Assembly: GCA_030141605.1 (NCBI GenBank)
Contig: JAQGDQ010000011.1
Location: 864,066-928,065 of the forward strand
DNA: 64,000 nt
Reading direction: 5' to 3'
Source of the DNA: Tubiluchus corallicola
Taxonomy: Eukaryota > Animalia > Priapulida
Position numbers and translations under genes: made by a program. Positions 12,501 to 25,100 of the stretch are shown here, one piece after another (the first letter of the stretch is position 1; every line of letters starts with the position of its first letter). The notes beneath the pieces are model-generated. The model was not told the DNA's origin, made no database searches, and saw only the letters and a program-made list of their open reading frames with translations.

Positions 12501-15500
12501 TTCCATGTTTAAATGTTGTTTTCCTGTAGTATAAGTATTACTGATCGATCATTATCAAGCTTGACAATATGGATTATGATAAATTATCAGCAAAAGCCTG
12601 ATAGATAAGTAGAGGGGAAAAATTACTTATAAATAGCAGCTGCTTATCAAATAGAAATTTGCATTATACAGTACTATTCCACTATAACATCACCTCATAA
12701 GGGAAATTGCAATTAATTGAAATGAAACCACAAGCTAAATAATGTAATATGTGTCATATTTTGTAGATATGGTATTTCTGGAACGACCAACATCCAGGGA
12801 GAAGAAGTTAAAAAGCTCGATGTATTAGCTAATGCTTGCTTTATTAACATGTTAAGGTAAGATTGAATAATGGCTAAAATCTGTGATGTTATATTGCAAT
12901 TGTCTAACCCTGGTAACACAAGCTGCCTGGCATTGTATAAGCTCGGCTGGATGCTTACAGAATTTTGCGATGATGTAGTGAGATTCCTGTTTTTGTTTTC
13001 CATTCATTTTCAATGCAATCTTAGATTCTCTTGGTAAAGCGATAAGTGAACTTTAGTCATTATAAGGCCATAAAAAACAAAAATCCACAGTTAATTTTGT
13101 TAGCTTAATTTCTCAACAAGTATATTACTTTCAAAGCCCATATACTTTCAAAGCCCTGAAGTACAGAAGCAGTACCTATTAACTAATGAAAGGTGTCAGT
13201 GTTTCTTGATGAGTTTAAAAGGTGTGTGGTTGTATAGGTAATTAAGTTAAAAATTGATCTTGGTTAATTGTACCGTGCTTCTAGTTGGCAAAGTTTTGTT
13301 TTCCCTTTTTATTTTTAATGGGTTCTTAAATTTCCTTGCTGTACCATGCTCTTGAACTAAATATCTCCCATTTTTTCATAATAAATGTTCTTCATTAATA
13401 AAACTATGCTGATGCATTACTCTGAGCTTAGCTTTGACTTTACTGTATAATAGTATCAATGATTCTCTGGATAAAAGGAACATTTTCATAAAATCTTAAT
13501 AGCTATGATTATTTTTTTCATATAAGTCATTTATTTCACATAATACATTTATAACAATTTTGTGTGCAAAAATGCAATGAAAAGGCTTACGGTGAACATA
13601 GTGCATTTTTTTTACTGTGCCTGAGTAGGAAAAGCCTCACACTCGTGTCTGCCTATATATAAATGTAAATGCATCGCGGGGCAGTCAAAAGCAGGTCTTG
13701 TTAGATTGTTTCACCCTATGAAAGTAAAAAAAAGTAATGAACATAAACGAAAATTATGAGGTGAATCACTTGATAAAGAAAAAACATTTAGTGCTACAGA
13801 ATGGAATGATACAATGACTGAAGCTCATGATATATGGGCTGATATAAAAGATGGAAAGACTATTATTTGTTGAATTATTTGTTGTAATATTAGGCATGCA
13901 AATATATAAATTAAGGTAGCTTATTCACAGGTTGCATTTGGTTATATTCAGTTCACTGTTGTGAAATTTTTATTATTCACACCTTATTTAAAACAAATGT
14001 ATGGTATTCTGCTAAAGGGTAATATTTTTCAAGGTCGTCATTCGTCACTTGTTTAATGGTTTCCGAAGAGAATGATGACGTCATTGAAGTGGAAACGGAT
14101 AGGCAAGGAAAGTACATCGTTTGTTTTGACCCGCTTGATGGATCGTCGAACATTGACTGCTTGGGCTCAATCGGTTCTATATTTTCCATATTCACTCGGA
14201 AGGTATACACCAGGTTTGCTTGCTTGCATTTGCTGCAAAAGTCTGTTGTCAGTTGTTTCATTTTTGCTTGTTAATCTACGATATTAACAAGCATATATTG
14301 ACAAGATTCTTAAATATACTACAAGTTGTATGCAATTTTTATCTACATTACAAAACAAATACCTTTGTGATTTAATTGTACTGTGTCACATTTGGATAGA
14401 AATGCTATACCTTTTTCTAATTATACAAAAAAACATTCGACACCTGGGGTTATGAGGTTAATTTTCATAAAAATGACAAGTTATCCATGTGTTTGAAACA
14501 TAATAAACGTCTTGTTCTTGGTTTTCTGATTCATTTGTTGCAAATAGATGTAGCCATAAATTAATTAATAGATTTATGATCATTTTTCCTAAATAGAATT
14601 CATAACTATTAAGTCTTACTTTAGTTTAAGTGCTGTGAGTGTGAGCCACAGATTCCGTGTGCCTAATTAATTGTGTCAGCATAGGATCTGCTTTGTCTAC
14701 TAATCGTAGTCATTTTCGGAGATCATGGATTGGTAGTGTCTAAATATGACAAGGCTACTGGTGGTAAAATGCTGAGTATTTTGGTGGGAGGTTCTGATCA
14801 GACTGCATAACAGCATTTAGAGTTAGAGACTTTGCAATTTTTATTGTTTTAACCTGCACTAGTGCTGTTCAGACTGTTGAAATGTTATTAGCTGCATGTA
14901 CTTTTGTTTGATGAAATATATTTCATTTAAAGTGTGATTTTGCTTTATCAGTCACAAGACGGGAGTCCAACAGAAAATGATGCATTACAGTCGGGACGGA
15001 ACATCGTTGCTGCCGGTTACGCCCTGTACGGTAGCGCCACCATGATGGTACTTTCGACAGGTCAGGGTGTTCATGGCTTCATGCTGGACCCTGTGAGTAT
15101 CACAGCTCATTTTCAGCTTTCAGAAAACATCAGCCTCTTTAAATGCCAAATTGCTGCAAACTCTTCTGCGTCTGTGTGTGCAAACAGTAATTTAAACAAT
15201 CAAATGATCAGTCAGTGGTCACTTTTATTTTGACTGGTTACTCTAATTGATACCTTTCTATCTGGCTACTACTTGTCTACCATTGATTTTGATATTATTT
15301 TGTGCTGCCATAACTGGAGTGATGCAACTATTAAAAATCACATTGTAGGCAATTGGTGAGTTTGTGCTGACTGAGCCAGACATGCGTATTAAACCAAGAG
15401 GAAAGATATACAGTATCAACGAAGGATATGCCAAGTACTGGGATGGTTCCATTATTGAGTATGTTGAATCTAAAAAGTTTCCAAAGGTGAGCATTTGTTG

Positions 15501-18040
15501 TTGTAATGTGATAAAAGCAGGCGAAATTGTGACACTTCAGTTATAGAAATTAGGCTGGTTTGGTTCTATTTGCAGAAATTTTAGTGAGGTTGTAGGTTTT
15601 TGACAATTACCAGACAATTCGTTACGCTCGGACATTTAAACAGCTTTGCACTAGTGGTGGATGTCGGTTTCATTTTCATAAGTTATTAATCTGATAGGAA
15701 ATTGATTTGATAATTGGTTTTCATACACAAAAATTAGTAATTTCAAAATTTTAACAAATAACACTTTGAGTGTAACAGATTTGTTATCTTAACCACTGTA
15801 ATGTTTTAATTACATTGTTGGTAGAGAAAGTAAAAAGTATGAAATAAAGAAGCTTTAAATCAGTTTGTTTGATTAGTTTAGAGTTTACAAAACAGCCCAT
15901 TAAAATTGTTTACATCATCATTTACGTGTTCTAAAACATGGCACGCTTCACCTGTTAATACCAGGCACTCCTATCTACCACTGCTGCCCTCGTGCGTCAT
16001 CCCTCAAATCTAGAGTTGTTTTTGCTTATATGTAGTTGTCTTTGTTTACAAAAAACGTGATTGTGCTTATGAGAAGTCTTCATGTCTAAGCTTCTTTGCC
16101 AAGATAATAAGTTACTGCCGGCACAAAGGAACTTGAGTTCACCGCATAATGTCTATGTGTGTATGAAGCTCTGCTGATAAGCCACTGGTATAGCAGCATC
16201 TAGTTTTTCTTGCTGGATTACTTGTCTTTACCTGTCTTGAAGGCAGATTTGTTTTTGAATTCTTCCTTCCCAATGTCTGCAATAAATGTAATGGGCATGT
16301 GATGACATTGCTATATTTATCGTAAGGTTTTTGTGGTTTATCCAAAAAATAGGTGGAACTGGTATAGTTCAGTCGATTTGTGCCGGCAGCTGAAAAAAAT
16401 AATCGATGATCAGAAATTAAAGCCCGAGCCGATTCGATTAATCGGCCCCACCACTACTGTGCACACTGTGTTGTCTAATTTGCGAAGAAGTTAATTAGCT
16501 TCTAATTAGTGAAGAAGCATCGAAATTCAAATTTAAGCTATCTGTCTATTAATGTATGATAAGCACAAAGAGGATTTTAAAAGTTTTAGGACTTTTTCAT
16601 TTAACTGCATTTTTGTTGACTTTTATAGTTAGTTTGACATTATAAACTAATAAGCTTATTCAATTATAATACAGATAACGGCATTTTTATAAAAAAAATT
16701 TGACAGCATTGCATAACATGTCTTCATCCGCACATGGCACAAACATGCTTCATGTTCACGTTCAGACATACACACATGCATGCACACGCTCACACATACA
16801 CACACAACTATGCACGCACACACACACATCAACAAAGACATCACACTTATAACAATTAGCCTAGAACAACTAATTTATTGGACATGAAGATTTTGAAAAA
16901 TTGTGGGTCAGCTAGGATTTGAACCCAGAACCTGGGATTTCATTGCTATTTGAGCTACTGATACAACATGGTAAAGTTGATATGAGACCTTAACAGTACA
17001 CAATCAGGTCAGAATACACAGATGCACACATGGACAATGCATGTCATGGTAATACAAAATTTATGAAGGTTTTGCAAAGACTAAATAAGTTTTTGTTGCA
17101 CAGAGAAATGCTGGTAATGTGTCAGTATCCTAAGCTAAACGGAAATAATTTTTTACGAATTTTTAACCGAACATTTAGCTTTTAAGGAAAATTATTTGTG
17201 ATCTTCTTGTTTTTCTCTGCAAACATCATGTTACCAGCATCAGTGTTTCCCACTTGAAGTATTTTACAGGATGGAAAGAAACCTTACGGTGCTAGATATA
17301 TTGGCTCAATGGTAGCAGATATTCACAGGACGCTTTGCTATGGCGGCATATTTATGTATCCTGCAACTACAGAGAGTCCAAAGGGGAAAGTAAGTGTTCA
17401 TTAAATTCGTAAATGTTTCAATGTCACACTGCGATGCATGTTGACGGTAATAAAGCCACTGCACTGTTACACATGTCAGAAGTCAGCACTCATTTCAGGG
17501 CTTTGCACAGCAATTATTGTAGTGCCACCAAATCTGACTCGCTGTCAATGATAGTCCTGTAAAATACTGAAACAGCAAAGATGTCTTAGCCATGTTCAGG
17601 TGCTTGTGTTTATGTACAATATAATGTTATGTAAGGTAATATAAATATTAACGTTTGCAGCTTAATTTTGATTTCTCCCTTTCGAGAAATTCACCTTGAT
17701 ATACCTCTAAGAACTTAGAGAAATGCTCATGTTTCTGCATTACAGAATAGGATGCAAGCAAGTACTATCTTGTACTAGTTAGTTGTTAACCAAAATTGTA
17801 GAACAATTTTAAATGTGCAGATAGACAATGAAGCTTTAATTTTCTTTTCAGTTACGTTTGATGTATGAGGCTAATCCCTGTGCTTACATAATTGAGCAAG
17901 CTGGCGGTCTCGCTCACACAGGGAAAGAACCGTTGCTCGACGTAGAGCCACAAAGCATCCATCAGAGAACACCGGTGTTCATGGGATCAAAAGATGACAT
18001 CAATGATTTCTTGGCCTCGGTGGAGAAGCATAAGAGTTAA
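9539..18040 (+). CDS. FBP1: Fructose-1,6-bisphosphatase (class 1), 7 coding exons, 333 aa
   Basis: Exons 9539-9693, 12767-12856, 14034-14202, 14952-15092, 15349-15486, 17270-17389, 17852-18040; all GT-AG, phases consistent, total 1002 nt. Motifs [72 protein letters not shown]. Confidence 0.96.
15652..16456. mobile_element. hAT-type non-autonomous element in FBP intron 5
   Basis: Termini TAGTGGTGG ... CCACCACTA; 8-bp TSD ctttgcac / ctgtgcac (7/8). Confidence 0.65.
16895..16962 (-). pseudogene. tRNA-derived Pol III-type head (SINE or tRNA pseudogene)
   Basis: Minus strand tcagTAGCTCAAATAG...GGTTCAAATCCtagctgacccacaaTTTTT: A-box-like, B box and T run, but no intact cloverleaf. Confidence 0.45.
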
Positions 18041-20259
18041 TTATTTTGTACTTGTATTGTATTCATAGTGAACATTTGCGCATGATTAAGATTAAGAACG
18101 TCCTGATCCCTAACAGCAGATTACTGGTTTTAGTTATAGGTATTAGTTTATTAACTTCTCCTTATTAATGGGAGCGTGCTTCAGTTTTAGTGTATTCTTT
18201 TGAAATTGTTGTAAAAGACAGAGAAGTTGTGCTGCCTTTATTGCCACATAGCTGTTGGAAATGATTAGTCATTAAAGCATAATATGTAGTAGCCCATTGT
18301 GCCAAACTTTGTCATTTTTTATCAGTCGTGGTTTGAAATTGTTTTCAGCAGCAGTGGATGAGTTTTGAAAATTTGAATGTCATTCTCACTCAGAAAGTGG
18401 CTTGTTACTAGTCTTGTTTTGCTTTAGAGCTTTCAATTATTCAGTTATTTTACAATATTGGTGTGGAGATAGAAAGGTCGGCAGTTTAAAAATATTCTTA
18501 GTTTAGATTGTCAGTCCATGATACTGTGCAGCGTGAAGGTTTTGCTAATGCAAAGGTTCTGCCGCAGTGATCTTTTCAACGTTTTATGTGACTGTTGAGT
18601 AATAAGTTTCTAACTTACTCTGCGAAATGGCAAAATTGCATGTCGTTAAGTGGCATGTTCTTGTGACCCTGCAAAACACCAGAATTTGATAGATCATAAG
18701 ATTTCATACTCCCTTTCTGTATAAGCATCGTTGGAAATGCAAAGTAATAGCCTTGTTTTGGGATTCTTTATTGCTAATATAATCTTGAAAATTAATTAGA
18801 AAAGCAGATTTTGTGTCTGGTGAATTACCTGCATTGGCCGCAGTTGTACTGGAATCTTTCTGATGTGACTTAATTATTTATGAACTTGTTTATTAATTGT
18901 TTGTTGTTTTGACTGTAGAACTAGCTTATTTATTGAGTTAATAGATTTTTCTGAGTTGAGTACATATGGTTGAGTAGCAGTGCTTGAATCATTTTTTGTT
19001 GTAAAGTTCCTATAAGAATCTTTTAGGTGCCCCATTTTATACAAGCATATTTTGTGTTTATAAACATGAAATTTCTGTTTTTCTTGTTTTTGCTTTGTTA
19101 TATTTTACATAATATATTGCTAAATCAGTACTATTAACAACGCTAAAGTCATTACCTATTAAGGCTGACTTTGAAGCAATACTTCAGTACTGATAGTCAC
19201 AAAGTTTGATAGTAATACTTATCAACTGATCAAGATTCAGTGTTTAGTGTTTCTCTAATATTACATTATTATTATTATTATCATTTTTTAAGTAAAATCA
19301 TGATCAGATTTTTGTCTCACATTCATTGTTAATAAATAGAAATTTATACACCATAAATGATTTTATATTAGATAACAACTTGACACGAATGAGAGTTTTG
19401 CCAAATTTGACTGCTTCAAAGTAAGACCTGTTAGATTTAGCAGCGTAAGGGAACATTAACATTGACATCACAAGTTACATTTACTTGAGGGCAAAATTTG
19501 TTACGAACAATTGTGTAGTCTAAAATTATGTAATTAAAAAAATTGCTTATTGTTACAGAATTATGCATAAGTGATTGTTTATTCTTTTTGTTGGCTTTAT
19601 TGCACATTCATCAAAATACATTGCAAGAGCTCAGTATTCATGCCCTGCCTTGCACCTTGTATTTTAAAGCAGTCTGTTAAAAGGAGGAAGGAATTTCTTT
19701 ATCAATTGGCGCATCATAATAATAAACATAAACAAAATAACGTAAGTAAACTACTGGATCCGTGTTTTTTTAATTTCTTTAAATTTTTGCTGTCATGAGT
19801 CACAATTGTGGCATTTTGCTGTCTGCAATAAAATTGGATATAATTATATATATTATATCATATTATATGACATCGGAAGAACCTGGGTCATCAAGAACAT
19901 TAGTTAAATGTCAGATATTCTTTCAAATATACAAGTGATACATTCATTTAATTGTAATGTCCCGAATACTGTAATTGTACTACATTTTGAAATTTTCTAA
20001 GTTATTTAAATTCACTTGCAAAAAGTTTTAAATAAAATAAGACAAGTCATTTATAAAAAAGTTTAGCTTTCCAGGAACTTCAACTAACACTTTTTTAAAA
20101 GGTAAAAGTTATTTAGGAAGAAATAATGTTCATTTGAATGACTTGATAAAAACGAAAAAAATAAACTGCGTTGTTACTTATGAAAATGAGTGATGCAATG
20201 TAACAATTAGGTACTTGTACTTGCTCTTTACTAGATGGTGCAGTGATTTTTTGGTTTTT

Positions 20260-20350
20260 CTTTTAAAGCTGTTTACAATCTCGGCATTGACAGCTTCCTG
20301 TGCGCTGTGGCAACTCATTCCATATGTTTTTACTCTCATGGAGAAAGTCT
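20260..20350 (-). mobile_element. CR1/L2-group LINE 3' ORF2 relic
   Basis: Minus-strand translation FSMRVKTYGMS / WNELP...AVNAEIVNSFKRK across frameshifts resembles the CR1 C-terminal motif FS.RV...WN.LP..VV.A..VN.FK. Confidence 0.5.
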
Positions 20351-20361
20351 GGTAAACAATT

Positions 20362-21400
20362 TTAATTCAATTCAATTCAGGTTAATTTACACAAATACAT
20401 ACAATGTACATTGGCAAAGCAATGCAATGGCTGTGTGTAAAGTTATTTTTATAGACAAATGTTAAGATATGGTATACTGATACAAAAATCACGTTTACAT
20501 AAAAATTGTATAATTTAGCAATGAAAAAAGAAAAATGACTTAAAAGTAGTAGGTATCTGCACCAGCTTTTTAAATGAAAGATTGTAAAAATGAGATAATG
20601 AGAGTTGAAAACAATTTGGTTAGAGTCTGCTGTCAAAGTGCTGATTTCTTCTTCCCTAGGAATCGGATTTGTTGCCAAAAGTTTCTTGCATTGATGTCAT
20701 AGATTGTAACCAGTAAGCCAACAAAAAACAAAGAAACAGTATTAAAAATAAAGCCTATAAAAACAAAGAAACAGTATTAAAAACAATTTACAACTATACA
20801 TTATGCAATACAAAATTATACATAGATATTGAAAAATCTCAGCTCTTGAGTAATTGCATTAACATTGAAAAAGTTCAACAAGGTGTAGCCAGTGTTAGCT
20901 TTTTGTTTTTCTTATTTGGAGTTTTTAAATATATATTCTCCAAAATGAATTATGTATATCTTGTTGAACACTACTGTTAAACAGCCACATGAGAGAGGTG
21001 GTATTTCTAGAGAAAAAAGTTAGACTGCGAAGTTTATTTTCATGACTTGTTCTATTTTCAGCAAAAAGTCGGCAGTCAATGTTTCATCTTCTATTTTTTG
21101 TTTTTTAGGTGATGAATTTGCGCAATAATTGCATATTCGTTCTTGTTCTGGTGTTTTGGCATAACGAGCACATTTGATTTCCAAATCACGATCACTCACT
21201 CAGAGTTTGGTAAGAGCTTATCTATGATTTTTGTCCTTAATAATGTTTAGGTAAGGCTCCATTTTGTATTTACATTTTAAACCCCTGTAAAATCTGAGCT
21301 TATTACGGCCTCCCTTTTTCCTAGCGGCATCATGAATCTCGCTAAAAAGTGGATTTTCATATCCAGCATTTAAACTGTTTGCTGTAAAAGATATTTTCAT
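20362..21400 (-). mobile_element. Degraded non-LTR retrotransposon 3' end (RTE-X/L2-like C-terminus)
   Basis: NKLRFYRGLK...MEPYL...R*ALTKL....LEIK..RYAKTPEQERICNYC...IEDE with stops; (ATTGA)n-type tail near 20362-20380. Confidence 0.65.
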
Positions 21401-22179
21401 TTTTACTGTTCGTTCTGTCCAAAAAGTGTAATAGGCGTAAGTGATTTTGACGATCGATGATTAGTGCAAGTGGACACGTTATAGGCTAGTAACAAAATAA
21501 CTAAAAAGAATGGAAAAGCAATATAAATTGAATGGAATTGAATTGAACTGAAATTAAATAAGTTGTAAGACTCATGTTTTTGCAGCGTTGCATAATTGTA
21601 TTTGTTCTTGTACTTTGATTTTTTTTGTAATTGTAATTTTTTGCTATGATACACTGTTGTATTTGCGCAATAAAATGAAATTGAAAAAAAATCGTAATTG
21701 AAAATTGCCGGGTCTCGAAAGAAATAGAATATCTATATTGCATGTAAACAACAGTGACTAGCTGGCAGCGCGGCGGCGAAACCACGCGCATTCAATCACA
21801 GTGTTCATCACAGTTTTGAATCGTTTTTTCCCGTTGTCTCTCTCCAAAAGTAGCCAATTGTTCATCAGCTCGAAATAACGTGATTTAAAGAAGTCAAGTG
21901 CTATGGTAGCAATGGGTCTGTTGGGGAAACCGTTTTTATTGCTTGTGGGCCGGTATTGCTATGTCAGATTGCTAATTCATCGTTTGTTTTGCTTAAAGCC
22001 TTGAAATTAAAGTGTAATTCTAGCAGCTCCAGGTTTCTTTGCTTCACACAGTATTACGAAAGTAATTGGTATGTAATGGTATACTGTATATAAGACATTT
22101 CAGTTTTCATTAGATTCGTTAGTTACCCATCAGAAACTAAGTTCATTTGATGTCATTATTCTCGAATAAAATTAGCATC

Positions 22180-25100
22180 ATGGCCGATAAAACAATGACA
22201 AGTCTTACTGGTGAAATACAGCTGTGTTTGCGTGGAGAAATCGTTTCCAGCAAAGGAATTGTGCCAGACGTGTCTAGCGGCACTGAATCAGGTGAGTGGT
22301 AAATAATTAAAATACTTATTGACTTCTTTCATTTAATTTTGTATTCAAGCTGCAACAACATATGGAAATTGTTGTATTTTCGCTCAAATGTAAAGCATAG
22401 ACATGGCATCCAGAATCCACTGTCGCTTTTCCCTATAGATACACCTTGCTGTTTCTACTGTCTCCCCAAGCTTGTAGGATTTACAGCTAAGTACTTCTTT
22501 CTGAGCTCTGGCTGTTCTTAAAAGCAATAATTATTGTGTAATTTTAGAAACTTGCAAGTTTATAGTGAATATATTTTTCTATTTAGTGTATCTTTTTAAC
22601 TTTTGTCTGTTTGGAGAGCTGTCATTTGTAGCACTTCTTGTGTAATTCCATTGTTTGTAAGTAGGGGTGAGTGTTCTCAACCAGAAAGCGAATTCGAATC
22701 AAATTTGTGACTTTTGAACTCAAACCAAACCGAATATCGGCATTTTCGAATCCGAGTCGAATTAGAATTCAATTTTAAAGGTTTTCACATATATAAATTT
22801 TTGAATCACAAAATAAAAATAGGATTACAAAGCTCATGCATATTACTTCGTTTTGTTCCGCAGCAAAAACACTTATAATTTGTTTAAAAATTGTGCATGA
22901 AAATTGCAACTAAATTGTGCTGATTGCATGATATTTCAAATGTTTTAATGTTAAAGAAAGTACGAATTCGAGCGTTCGATGCTCATCCCTAATTACAAGT
23001 CACTTTAATGACAGTTGTTAAATGACTGATTTGATGCAAAATTATGAAATTGTCAGTTTAACTGACAAACAGCCCTACTGTGTCACGATGGATAGTTTCC
23101 AAACAGCGAAAATATAATTGGCCAAATATGAAAGTGATAGAGAAATAAGCAGTGTGTAGCTTTTAATACGTGCAAAATATATGACACTGTGCTACAAATT
23201 AGTAATAATAAAAGTAGTAACAGTAAAACTATTTTTGGTTAGTTTTCATTGCAATGTTTCACATGCATTGTTGCACTGTAGAAGCTTCAAAACTATTATT
23301 ATTTAATATATAACATTATTTATGTGATGCAAATGTAAATGTATGCTAACTATGCAGAGTAATAGTATGACTATGAAGTACTGTATAGTTTTTCAAATAG
23401 TACTTTAAAAATTTACAGCTCATTCTTTTCCTTGCTATTTGGCTTTACAAGCTGTTTAAATAATAATTATGTGTACTGTACCATAGGTGTGCATTTGCAC
23501 CAAGTTACAATTTATTTGTGTTTGAACAGCAGCCAGCGGTTTTTCAATTATTGCAATACGTTGCAACTAAACTAATGTAGTTATTTCCTTTGATTGATTT
23601 CATAATTGTGTCAATATCGCTAAAGTAATACCACATTTTACTTGGAGCAAACATATATTTATATGCATCTCAATGTGCTGTGCAAAAAACCTCAGAAATG
23701 TTTGTTTATTTCAATTGAAGTATCACATTTTGCCTGGATTCTTTCAGGTGGAAAAGCAAAACTAAAAGTCAAGCAAAATGTTTGCTATATTGTCTGTGCA
23801 CTTGTGCTTAACGAGAATAAAGAATTCTTGATGATACAGGAGTCAAAGCGATCTTGCTTCGGTAAATGGTACTTGCCAGCCGGGAGGATGGAAGCCAATG
23901 AAACTATCGAAGTAAATCAATCAATTTTGTTTTTTTCATCAAAACGGAATTTATTGCCGACTGGTTTCAGACAAAACTCTTCATTATCAAGGCTTAAAAC
24001 AAAGAAATTTACCAAAATTTGGAAACAAAATTGAAGTACAATTCAGCAGTTACCATCCATAGTAAATTCCATTTTGAAGAAGTTACTTTCATTTGCCAAA
24101 TATGGATAAATCTATACTTTTTTCTCTGCGTTTTTTTTTTGTCGGTTTCCTGTGTTTGTTTCAGAGATTTTTTTGTTCATTGGTTTAATTTGGAACCGTT
24201 GCTTAGAATTTCGCTCAGATTTTGTATTATTATAAATCTATAACAAACAGGTGCTAGCGACAGTTGAGAGTTTAATTCTAATTGTCTTTCTCTTTGTAAG
24301 ATTTATTTTTGGCAGAGCTAACAGCTAACCTGGTGTGCAATATAATGCCATTATGACGTAGCTAGAGGCTTTTTTGTTTTGGCACTAAAAAGAGTCTGTG
24401 TAAAACACGATGTAAAATTTTTCTCAGTGTAATTGGCTCGATTCTTAAGGTTGTTGGAAACGTTCTCCTTTACATAGTGTGTTGTTCAACTCACAGGTTT
24501 TCTTGAACTCTCAAGGACTTTCAAAGGTTTACTAATTCAAGACAAAATCATTAGAAGAGGCTGGTTTCTTTGAAAATATGTCCTTCCAGTATGTGCAGGA
24601 AGGCAATAGAAAGAGAAGAACAAGTTAAATTCAGTTAGTGGAACAGAGTGTTGCACTGTTTACATTCTTGTACAACTTGCTTGTAAATGCTTAATGAAGC
24701 AATCGTGTTGAGTGAACTGTATTCTCTTGTGTAATTGCCATGTTCATTATACATGCAGTGCAATTGTTTGACAATATAATTTGCCTTAGTTTAGCTGTTC
24801 AATCATAAAGTATGAGTGGCTTTTTTGGAGGGTGAAGTGGGACAAGAAGATCTATACCTGGATTAAAAAATCTAGAGAACTGCAGTTAGACAAAATCCTG
24901 TCCTTGATTCAATCTGATTTGCCTTAATCTGCACTTACTGGTTTAACGCTGTGTTGCTTATTATTAAGTTGTGCCTAGCCATGGGAGTACCATTTCAGCT
25001 AATTGCTTAGGGCTACCAATTTGAAAGTTAAGAATACCTGACTCTGCTTGGTACTTAGAAAGATGTACAAGAACCTATCGTCAGCTAGACTTAGTAGATC

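Noticed and set aside
16895-16962. Functional tRNA gene (also at 39810 and 62880)
   Set aside because: Only A/B-box-like motifs; the cloverleaf stems do not pair.
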